The position numbers were made by a program, and so were the translations under genes. A DNA stretch of 41,849 nucleotides. Source: Bacteroidales bacterium. Lineage in GTDB: Bacteria > Bacteroidota > Bacteroidia > Bacteroidales > UBA7960. The stretch covers positions 1 to 41,849 of the forward strand of contig SKSI01000081.1 of the NCBI GenBank assembly GCA_007123065.1, in the 5' to 3' direction. Shown one piece after another: positions 34,966 to 41,849 of this stretch. Under the pieces are notes generated by a model. The model was not told the origin of the DNA. It did not search any database and worked only from the letters and a program-made list of their open reading frames with translations. The number at the start of each line of letters is the position of its first letter. Position 1 is the stretch's first letter.

Positions 34966-36564
34966 TTAGTCATAAGGTGGATAAGAGATTATGATACGCC
35001 ACTGGGCATTATGCAATTCTATGGTATCCCATATTGCCATTTTCACAACGCTTTCGTTGCTTTCCGGTTCAATATGGATGTAGTCTCCCTGTCCTGACTT
35101 GTTTTTGGCGATGCTGTCACCCAGCTGCCTGAATGTTTTCATCTCTTCATAGAGGTAGTCGAGGTAGATCATTCTCCCGGTTCCATCATATGATTTATCA
35201 AAGAGAATTCTTCCGTCGGGTTCCATCAGCCATGGTTCAAAGAATGTCCCAACAATGATAGGTGTAACCAGTTCTTCCACCATTAAATCCGGTCTGATCA
35301 GTACGCTTACAGATCCATGAAAATTTCCGCGGGAGTCAATGATGGGATACTGAAGGCTAACCGCATCGAAGCCTTCTACTGCAAGGAAGGAGTTGCTCAG
35401 CATTGGCGCTCTGTTTTTTTGCATTATGAAATAGTTTTCCTGATTGCTGATGCTCTCGCCTTGAGAAGGGTGGAATTCAGATGGTTCGGCAAAAACTATG
35501 GTTCCATATGTATCAATCAGCGCACAACTGACTACATAAGGATTGTTATCGTAGAACCTTAAAAAACTGTTTCTGACGATATGTTCAGCGGGAATACGCC
35601 CATTGAATGAATGCACCATTTCATCGAGATCGTTATCCATGGCATTTAGTTTAACATGGATCACCGACTTGATTTCTTTCAGTACTTCATAGGCTTCGGG
35701 TAAAAAATCTTCATCGATGGTTTCACCGATCATTCCGAGAACCATCCGCCAGTTGTTAAAAGGTATTTTTTGATACAGGATGTGCGTATTTCTTCCTGCA
35801 AACTTATAGGAAGTATATCCCCGATCCCCGGAAGTGATCTCTTCTACGGCCTGTACCATTGACGGACTTCCCTGGTCGGCAGGATTAAGGAAGACAAAAT
35901 CGGCACGAGGGTGTAATACGGTGCTGCCTTTTTCATCAAGAACATACCAAAGATAGTCAGGCTCAAGATTCAGTGCTTCAGATATCAATTGCTGAAAGTC
36001 ATCCAGGAAAATTGACAGGGCAACGGCTCCTGTTACTTCCCCGTTTTCGAAGGCAGGCACGGCTAACAGAACTGATTTTTTTCCTGTTGACCTACTGTAT
36101 ATCAGTGATCCGTGAATCTCTTCCCCGCTAAATAGCGGGGCAAAATAGGGTCTGTCTGACAAGTTTAGTCCGGTAAAGCCCTGATCAACATTATAGTAGT
36201 TGCCATCCGGTTGTATGTAGAGTGCTGCACCCGGTATCACTTTGCTTAATGTCAGAAGTGCAGGCCTGATTTCCGGCCAGATGCCACTTCTTGTTGCCGG
36301 GGCCGCAGCGATAAGTCTGAGCGATGTTAGAGCGTGCAGTAAATTACGTTCAATGATTGCAGAACTTGTACCGACAGCTGCCCGTGCATCAATATCAAAG
36401 TAGGGTGCATCAGGATGATCCACCAGATGCATCCGGGCAGGGGAATCAGTTTTGTGAACATCCTGTTTGGATGAACAGGCTCCTGCCATTATCAATATGA
36501 CAGTAAAAAGCATTATTTTTCCAGGCAAAAGGTGCCGGTGATGCGGGGATAGATTTTTATTCAT
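34966..36564 (-). CDS. extracytoplasmic tandem Cache-like sensor-domain lipoprotein without a transmitter domain
   Basis: Signal peptide or lipobox (LIMAGACSS). Two Cache-type modules (LSDRPYF..; SNQENYF..). No TM after the signal peptide and no kinase, MCP or GGDEF region. AGGAGG sits 9 nt upstream of the ATG. Confidence 0.7.
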   Translation of the reverse strand: MNKNLSPHHRHLLPGKIMLFTVILIMAGACSSKQDVHKTDSPARMHLVDHPDAPYFDIDARAAVGTSSAIIERNLLHALTSLRLIAAAPATRSGIWPEIRPALLTLSKVIPGAALYIQPDGNYYNVDQGFTGLNLSDRPYFAPLFSGEEIHGSLIYSRSTGKKSVLLAVPAFENGEVTGAVALSIFLDDFQQLISEALNLEPDYLWYVLDEKGSTVLHPRADFVFLNPADQGSPSMVQAVEEITSGDRGYTSYKFAGRNTHILYQKIPFNNWRMVLGMIGETIDEDFLPEAYEVLKEIKSVIHVKLNAMDNDLDEMVHSFNGRIPAEHIVRNSFLRFYDNNPYVVSCALIDTYGTIVFAEPSEFHPSQGESISNQENYFIMQKNRAPMLSNSFLAVEGFDAVSLQYPIIDSRGNFHGSVSVLIRPDLMVEELVTPIIVGTFFEPWLMEPDGRILFDKSYDGTGRMIYLDYLYEEMKTFRQLGDSIAKNKSGQGDYIHIEPESNESVVKMAIWDTIELHNAQWRIIISYPPYD

Positions 36565-36573
36565 AATTGAACT

Positions 36574-36579
36574 CCTCCT
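36574..36579 (-). promoter_or_regulatory. canonical Shine-Dalgarno (AGGAGG) upstream of the Cache-lipoprotein start
   Basis: The plus strand reads CCTCCT, with 9-nt spacing to the ATG (36564). The other starts I inspected in this window lack such a site. Confidence 0.5.
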
Positions 36580-36768
36580 GTTTTATTCATTAACTAACTA
36601 ACTTAGTGTATACCAGGGGGAATTATATGTTGTCGCAGACCTTATAAATACCAAAAAAGGCACAAACAACCATTTTTTCCCACTTTAAATATATGTAAAT
36701 ATTTGCGATAAGGCAAATAAGAGGGAAAAAATATAGTCCTGACTGATTAAAATAGCGCTGATAAAACC

Positions 36769-37089
36769 TTAGTTAACCATGCCAAGCATATCCAGCAGTT
36801 GTTTTTTCTTTCTTCGTGATACAGGTAATTCATGTCCACGGATCTGAATCAGCAGTTGCTTTTTTCTGATCGTAAGTTCTCTGATGCTGCGCAGGTTTAC
36901 CAGATAGGAGCGGTGAATCCTGAAAAATGGCTGATCTGTTAACAGTCTCTCGACCTGTGATAGCGGAAAATCCACAACTTCGTTTGATCCGTTTTTTAAG
37001 ACCATAATGGTGAAACCCCGAAATAGAAATGCATAATCAATATCTGTTTCTTTTGGGATGCTTTCTTTCGTTAAAGTGTTATTTTTCAT
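36769..37089 (-). CDS. stand-alone LytTR DNA-binding domain protein (no receiver domain), paralog A
   Basis: 106 aa. LytTR signature FFRIHRSYLVNL ... ELPVSRRKKK. The N-terminus is too short for a REC domain. Confidence 0.8.
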   Translation of the reverse strand: MKNNTLTKESIPKETDIDYAFLFRGFTIMVLKNGSNEVVDFPLSQVERLLTDQPFFRIHRSYLVNLRSIRELTIRKKQLLIQIRGHELPVSRRKKKQLLDMLGMVN

Positions 37090-37091
37090 TT

Positions 37092-37133
37092 GTTTATAAA
37101 GGTTTAGCTGTTTGGTTGTTTAGTCGTTTAATT
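37092..37133. repeat. phased GTTTR motifs (spacing 10, 8, 8, 8 nt) directly upstream of LytTR paralog A
   Basis: GTTTA at 37092, 37102, 37118 and 37126, and GTTTG at 37110. The unit resembles GTTTAATT at 40350-40370 and at 37597-37616. Confidence 0.6.
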
Positions 37134-37185
37134 GATATGGTTTTTATGCGCGAACCCTTCGAGCTTCCAGCTTCGAGCCTAACTG

Positions 37186-37220
37186 GCAATCGACAACCGG
37201 AAATCGACAATCGAAAATCG
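37186..37220. repeat. (NNAATCG)5 heptanucleotide tandem repeat
   Basis: gcaatcg acaaccg gaaatcg acaatcg aaaatcg. It has the same core as 18422-18456. Confidence 0.8.
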
Positions 37221-37250
37221 ACATGGGTGTTTTATATTGTTAGCTGGTAA

Positions 37251-37595
37251 TCATATTTTTTGATCAAGAAATTTCTTAAAGTCTTTCCTACGGCGGCGTG
37301 AAACCGGGAACTTCTCCCCATCCGGAAATACAACGAAGCGGTTATCAGTGTCACAACGCCTGATATACAACCTGTTTATGATGTAATTCCTGTGTATTCT
37401 GAAGAAGATGTGACCCGGTACCTGTCGTTCCAGTCCACCGAGCGGAGCCAGAGTCCGTTTCAGCATTTCACTGCCATTGTGTATTTCGGTGATCCCATCG
37501 TTGTGCAGGATATGCGAGATATCCTTGTAAGGGACGAGACGGATGCGTCCTTTATTTTTTATCCACAAACCACTTCTGTTTATTGAATCTTGCAT
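37251..37595 (-). CDS. stand-alone LytTR DNA-binding domain protein (no receiver domain), paralog B
   Basis: 114 aa. FFRIHRNYIINR ... KFPVSRRRRK. No REC domain. Confidence 0.8.
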   Translation of the reverse strand: MQDSINRSGLWIKNKGRIRLVPYKDISHILHNDGITEIHNGSEMLKRTLAPLGGLERQVPGHIFFRIHRNYIINRLYIRRCDTDNRFVVFPDGEKFPVSRRRRKDFKKFLDQKI

Positions 37596-37625
37596 AGTTT
37601 AATTGTGTTTAGTTTAACTATGTCG

Positions 37626-37633
37626 CAAAAATA
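37626..37633 (-). promoter_or_regulatory. candidate -7 promoter box for LytTR paralog B (TATTTTTG on the minus strand)
   Basis: The plus strand reads CAAAAATA, 30 nt upstream of the start codon. Confidence 0.4.
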
Positions 37634-37719
37634 TATTATTACAACACAAAAACAAATAAGTATGCAAAAAAATATGCTTATTGGTGAGAAAAATTGGTTA
37701 AATGGTATAAAAGCTGTTG

Positions 37720-39243
37720 CTATTTGTTAGCAAATGCTTTCAGGTTCAGGAAATCTGATTCTTTCATAACGCGCGGTATCTTTATCTGGCCGCCCTTTGA
37801 CTTATGTTGTTCAACCCAGGCGTGAAAAGTGGCAGGAGAGGTGATGCTAACGCGGACATCCTTAAGTGCTTTGGATCTGGCCATTTTATAGGCTTTGTTC
37901 ATCCCTTTCAAATGTTGGTCGAGCGCATTGGCAAAAATCCCGGGATCTGCATTCTGATCTGATCCTATAAACCAGTGGTGCAGGTATTCATTGTTTTCTC
38001 TGATGGCAGATACAGTAAACTCTGGGATTGACATTCCGAATTGTTGTTCCATCGCTTTCATTGCCTTATTCATTTGGATCACGGAAAGCTGTGATCCAAC
38101 TACATTCAGAAAGTGTTTGGTCCGGCCGGTAATGATAATTTCAGTTTTGTCTTTATCTGTGAACCGAATGGTATCGCCGATCAGGTAGCGCCATGTACCG
38201 GAAACAGTACTTATAATGATCACATAGTCTGTGTTTTCCTGAACGTCTTCAAGGGAAATCGACTTTGCTTCCTGTTTGACGCTTCCCAGTTCGTCAATAT
38301 TATCTTCAATGAATGGAACAAATTCGAAATAGATGCCATTGTTGGTTGCCAGTTTCATGGCCATTTCTTTATTCGGACGTGCCTGGTATGCAAGAAACCC
38401 TTCAGATGCCAGGTATGTATCCATAATTGTAATTGGATGCGCCAGAAGAGAATCAAAGGATTTGCGATAGGGTTCAAAAGCCACTCCGCCGGAAACAAAT
38501 GCCCTGAGGTTTGGCCATATTTCGTGTATATTTTTTGCGTTATGATAGTCAATAATGTGTTTTAGCATCAACTCATTCCAGGATGGGATGCCTGCCATGG
38601 CACCAACATCCCAGCTTTTTGCTTCTTTTGCGATTGCTTCCACCCGTTTGTCCCAGTCTGTAATTGAAGCAATGCTTTTCCCCGGACGATAGAAACGTTC
38701 AAACCAGGAAGGAATATTGGATGCAGATATGCCACTCACTTCACCCTCCATCCATTTTTTTTGTTTTTTAAGTTTTGCACTACTGCCGAGCATCATGATC
38801 TCCTTTTCAAAGAAATCAGCAGGGAAATCAAAGTTAGCAGCACTTAATATTTGAAAAATACTTGTTTTTCGGATTACTTCAAGCATCTCTTCGGATATGG
38901 GAATGCGTTTGCTGCTTTTACCTGTTGTGCCGGCGCTGAGAGCATAATAGTTGACCCTGCCAGGCCAGGTGTGATCAGACAGCCCCTCCAGACGTTGTTC
39001 CCGCCACCATTTTTTGTTCATTGCATCGTAGTCATGGTAAGGAATGGCAGCAGCAAAGGCTTTTCGGATATCTTTTTCATTTAATATCCCGTCAAAATTG
39101 TAGTATTTTCCGAATTTTGTGTTTTTTGCCTGATCAAGAAGTTGTTTTAAAATATCGTGTTGTGCTTCCACAGCAGGTTTATCCGGTAGAAGTTTCTCTG
39201 CGATCTCCAGTGTTGTTTTTATGATGTTTCCAATTACTGCCAT
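37720..39243 (-). CDS. GH3-family (acyl-acid amido synthetase-like adenylating enzyme) protein
   Basis: 507 aa from MAVIGNIIK (39243). SAGTTGKSSKRIP P-loop-like adenylation motif and overall resemblance to bacterial GH3 auxin-responsive-promoter-family proteins. The start is 4 nt after the rlmN stop. Confidence 0.75.
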   Translation of the reverse strand: MAVIGNIIKTTLEIAEKLLPDKPAVEAQHDILKQLLDQAKNTKFGKYYNFDGILNEKDIRKAFAAAIPYHDYDAMNKKWWREQRLEGLSDHTWPGRVNYYALSAGTTGKSSKRIPISEEMLEVIRKTSIFQILSAANFDFPADFFEKEIMMLGSSAKLKKQKKWMEGEVSGISASNIPSWFERFYRPGKSIASITDWDKRVEAIAKEAKSWDVGAMAGIPSWNELMLKHIIDYHNAKNIHEIWPNLRAFVSGGVAFEPYRKSFDSLLAHPITIMDTYLASEGFLAYQARPNKEMAMKLATNNGIYFEFVPFIEDNIDELGSVKQEAKSISLEDVQENTDYVIIISTVSGTWRYLIGDTIRFTDKDKTEIIITGRTKHFLNVVGSQLSVIQMNKAMKAMEQQFGMSIPEFTVSAIRENNEYLHHWFIGSDQNADPGIFANALDQHLKGMNKAYKMARSKALKDVRVSITSPATFHAWVEQHKSKGGQIKIPRVMKESDFLNLKAFANK

Positions 39244-39247
39244 AAAG

Positions 39248-40288
39248 TCATTTTTTAACCGATTCATTGGCCAGCATGCCACAGGCCGCACTTATGTCTT
39301 GTCCGCGCGACTTTCTTATGATGGCGATGAACCCTTTGGCCTCCAGTAACGCCTTAAATTGATTCAATTCAGCTTCAGACGGGGGCTTAAGGTTGCCATC
39401 CGGGATGCTGTGAAAACGGATCAGGTTGATCCTGCAGGCAATCCCCTGCAATACTCGTGCCAGCTCCTTAACGTGTGATGTTGAATGATTCAGCCCTCCG
39501 AAAACAATGTATTCAAATGAAATGCGTCGCTGTTTCTCTTTTGGAAAACTTCTGATGACATCCAGGACTTCTTTTAGCGGATACGCTTTGTTCATCGGCA
39601 TGAGTGCCCTGCGCTCCTCTTCGAAGGGCGAATGAAGGCTGACTGCCAGATTGCATCTGCTTTCTTCCAGGAAACGTTTCATCCCGGGTAATACACCAAT
39701 GGTGGATACCGTTATTCTTTTCGGACTCTTTCCAAATCCCCATTCTGAAGTCAGCACTTCTAGGCTATTGAATACCTCATCCGTATTGTCGAAGGGTTCA
39801 CCCATGCCCATGTATACAATGTTCGTGAGTTTATCCCTCTCAGGGATGCTTCTGATCTGGTTTAATATGTCTCCTGCCCGGAGCTGTCCGTGAAACCCCA
39901 TCCGGCCGGTCATGCAAAAACCACAGCCCATCCTGCAGCCAACCTGAGAAGAAACACAAAGTGTGTGTCTGTCACCATCCGGAATGTATGCAGACTCAAT
40001 GTTGCCCTTTCCTTTGATGGGGAAAAGATATTTTTTGGTACCGTCCGAAGAAGTTGTTACTTCCGAAAAAGGACTCACATCAATGATAAAGGATTCATTT
40101 AGCTTATTTCTTGACGCTTTGGAAAGATTGGTCATTTCATCAATGTAGCTGACATGATGTCTGTAAAGCCATTGAGCAATTTGCTGTGCGGAAAAGGAAG
40201 GCATGGAAAGATCCTTGACTATCTGCAACAATTCATTGATTGTAGCGCCGTAAATATTATTTTTCTGGTTGTTTTCCATATTTCTCAT
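39248..40288 (-). CDS. rlmN: 23S rRNA (adenine2503-C2)/tRNA methyltransferase, radical SAM
   Basis: Radical-SAM CxxxCxxC in VGCRMGCGFCMTG, MGMGEP, and the C-terminal catalytic Cys region SACGML. 346 aa. Confidence 0.92.
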   Translation of the reverse strand: MRNMENNQKNNIYGATINELLQIVKDLSMPSFSAQQIAQWLYRHHVSYIDEMTNLSKASRNKLNESFIIDVSPFSEVTTSSDGTKKYLFPIKGKGNIESAYIPDGDRHTLCVSSQVGCRMGCGFCMTGRMGFHGQLRAGDILNQIRSIPERDKLTNIVYMGMGEPFDNTDEVFNSLEVLTSEWGFGKSPKRITVSTIGVLPGMKRFLEESRCNLAVSLHSPFEEERRALMPMNKAYPLKEVLDVIRSFPKEKQRRISFEYIVFGGLNHSTSHVKELARVLQGIACRINLIRFHSIPDGNLKPPSEAELNQFKALLEAKGFIAIIRKSRGQDISAACGMLANESVKK

Positions 40289-40300
40289 GCCTCAGAATTA

Positions 40301-40308
40301 CAAAAATA
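40301..40308 (-). promoter_or_regulatory. candidate -7 promoter box for rlmN and the GH3-like gene (TATTTTTG on the minus strand)
   Basis: The plus strand reads CAAAAATA, 12 nt upstream of the ATG at 40288 (21 nt from the alternative ATG at 40279). Confidence 0.4.
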
Positions 40309-40333
40309 AAAATTCATTTCCGATTTGACTGAA

Positions 40334-40433
40334 TGTTTATTGTTTATGTGTTTAATTGTTTAATTGTTTAGATGGTTGATGGTTGATGGTTGATGGTTGA
40401 TGGTTGATGGTTGATGGTTGATGGTTGATGGTT
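40334..40433. repeat. three consecutive tandem arrays: (TGTTTAT)2, (GTTTAATT)2.6, (GATGGTT)9
   Basis: 40334-40347, 40350-40370 and 40371-40433 (63 nt, exactly 9 perfect units). Located between the divergent rlmN and OMP promoters. Confidence 0.95.
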
Positions 40434-40444
40434 GAGAAAAATTT

Positions 40445-40452
40445 TATCTTTG
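40445..40452 (+). promoter_or_regulatory. candidate -7 promoter box (TATCTTTG) for the 40481 gene
   Basis: Exact TAnnTTTG, 28 nt upstream of the ATG. The -33 region falls inside the (GATGGTT)9 array. Confidence 0.45.
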
Positions 40453-40480
40453 CAAGATACTCATAGATCATGTTAAAATA

Positions 40481-41344
40481 ATGAAAGCAATCTATCTTTT
40501 TTTGCTCTTTCTGATCCTGTCGGGCATAAACGAAGTCGAGGCTTCGGAACTCAGGCTATACAGACAAAGGGATCAGGGACATCTGCATCCAACCCATCTC
40601 ACCGATTTGCCACAGAATAATGTATACTTTAAAATCGGACAGGGTTTTTCTTTTGCCCGTTTGTTGGATCAGCGCATGTCCAACCTGCATTATACCGGAC
40701 CCGGCGTGGTATTGTCATTCAGCAGGTATGTTGAAGATGACCGTTACAGATCGGAGTTGAATTTTGCCGGTATTGGATTTCAGATTTTACAGCCCCGGCA
40801 TGAAGGCACAACGGTTAATAATCCGTTTGTTGGGATCCGCTATTCCCATTTGCGCAAATTAGATGTTCGGAGTTTTATCGATTACCATGTCGGTGGCCAG
40901 GTTGAGACTTCTGCCAATGTCCGGCTTGCCCCTGTTTTGAGCAACTCTTTTCTTTATGCTGATTTTATCGGCACATTGCAGCCTCGATTTGATGTTACAT
41001 ATATTCTTTATCTTTTTGATCGGGAATTCAATTTCGATTTTTCATTGGCTTTTGGTGTTCTGGGTTATGGCGTGAGAATTCCGGAATATGGTGCATCCTA
41101 CCAGGTTGGTTCGGCCGGAAGCGAGGTTTTAACAAACAATGTAGAGATGTGGTTGCATCCGGGGAACTACAGACACGTGATCACCGGAATTTATTACAAC
41201 AACCGGCTGGGTCGCATGAATAATCCGAATCGCTTTCGTATCGGTTATGTCTGGGATTATTCCCATATCACTGGTGGGCACGGACTCAGTCTTTACAATA
41301 CAAGCCATCAGCTGGTACTTGAACTGTTGTTTTTGGTGAATTAA
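40481..41344 (+). CDS. hypothetical secreted protein, possibly an outer-membrane beta-barrel
   Basis: Signal peptide (LFLLFLILSGINEVEA). Alternating aromatic/Gly-rich segments. No recognisable catalytic motif. Confidence 0.55.
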   Translation: MKAIYLFLLFLILSGINEVEASELRLYRQRDQGHLHPTHLTDLPQNNVYFKIGQGFSFARLLDQRMSNLHYTGPGVVLSFSRYVEDDRYRSELNFAGIGFQILQPRHEGTTVNNPFVGIRYSHLRKLDVRSFIDYHVGGQVETSANVRLAPVLSNSFLYADFIGTLQPRFDVTYILYLFDREFNFDFSLAFGVLGYGVRIPEYGASYQVGSAGSEVLTNNVEMWLHPGNYRHVITGIYYNNRLGRMNNPNRFRIGYVWDYSHITGGHGLSLYNTSHQLVLELLFLVN

Positions 41345-41376
41345 AATTGGATTTACTTGTTTTTTATTGATTTGAT

Positions 41377-41849
41377 ATGAAATCACATTTTCAGGCTTTG
41401 GTGCTTTTAGGTTGCATTGTCACTCTATTTGTTGCTTGTGAGAAGATTTTCATGGATGATGACCCGGGTAAGGATCCCGTAACGGTTTTTGAAGAGGTAT
41501 GGACTTTTACAGACCGTCATTATTCGTTTTTTGAAGAAAAAGGGATAGACTGGGATGCCGTTTATGATCATTTCAGCCCACAGGTTTCAGCGGATATGAC
41601 ATCGGTGGAACTCTTTGATTTGTGTGCAGAGATGCTATATCAACTCCGCGACGGGCATGTAAACCTATTAAGCTCGTTTGATCGTTCCCGTTACTGGGAG
41701 TGGTACCTGAACAGCCCTGAGAACTTCTATTTCTCCATAATCGAGCGGGAATATCTCCGGGGCAGACAACGTTACCTTGGTCCGCTCATTGTTGCTCCCG
41801 TGGGATATGATGACAACATCCTCTATGTCTATTATGGCAGTTTTGGCAA
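41377..41849 (+). CDS. S41-family (tail-specific/C-terminal processing) peptidase lipoprotein, 3' end outside window
   Basis: This ORF is not in the supplied track because it has no stop within the window. MKSHFQALVLLGCIVTLFVAC lipobox. FEEVWTFTDRHYSFFEEKGIDWDAVY and LYQLRDGHVNL are typical of the N-terminal domain of Bacteroidota S41 peptidases. Confidence 0.65.
   Translation, partial: MKSHFQALVLLGCIVTLFVACEKIFMDDDPGKDPVTVFEEVWTFTDRHYSFFEEKGIDWDAVYDHFSPQVSADMTSVELFDLCAEMLYQLRDGHVNLLSSFDRSRYWEWYLNSPENFYFSIIEREYLRGRQRYLGPLIVAPVGYDDNILYVYYGSFG

Noticed and set aside
37029-37250. A 73-aa plus-strand ORF with a hydrophobic N-terminus between the LytTR genes, considered as a possible membrane inhibitor partner (as in HdrRM/BrsRM systems).
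   Set aside because: It is on the opposite strand and overlaps the paralog A start by 61 nt. Its C-terminal half is translated from the AATCG heptamer repeats. It has no promoter box.
1-41849. Looked for mobile elements, prophage genes, CRISPR-Cas, restriction-modification, toxin-antitoxin or other defence-island hallmarks.
   Set aside because: None of the ORFs carries transposase, integrase, nuclease-helicase or Cas-like motifs. Gene content is housekeeping, and the two tRNA genes are not flanked by integrase or direct-repeat att-like sites.

Overview
This window looks like an ordinary chromosomal segment of a Bacteroidota genome. The evidence for that placement is repeated TAnnTTTG -7 promoter boxes, almost no Shine-Dalgarno sites, and typical Bacteroidota families (GH3-like, DUF4301, DUF5063, DUF1573, WbqC, fused E1 alpha/beta). 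I call about 33 protein genes and 2 tandem tRNA-Leu genes. Most are housekeeping: lpxH, murB, uvrA, rlmN, nnr, a phospho-sugar mutase, a class I aminotransferase, an Xaa-Pro aminopeptidase, an acyl-CoA ligase, an oadGAB Na+-pumping decarboxylase operon, pullulanase and an ECF sigma factor. I found no transposase, integrase, phage gene, CRISPR array, restriction-modification system, toxin-antitoxin pair or recognisable defence system. Two things are unusual. (1) The noncoding fraction is unusual. Many intergenic spacers are filled with 6-8 nt tandem repeats whose units recur at unlinked loci, and some contain or abut start or stop codons. A dispersed GTGGT..ACCAC + (CACAAAG)n element also sits at three gene 3' ends. 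(2) There is a co-directional cluster at about 34.1-37.7 kb. It holds two REC-less stand-alone LytTR proteins, an output-less tandem-Cache lipoprotein and a CAP-domain lipoprotein, and may be a non-canonical split signalling module. Secondary curiosities are an orphan cytoplasmic histidine kinase with a Cys-rich PAS-like insert, a DUF4301 protein with UDP-sugar-pyrophosphorylase-like motifs, and a GH3-like gene tightly coupled to rlmN. All family assignments come from motif recognition by eye; no searches were run. The novel-system interpretation is hypothesis, not demonstration.
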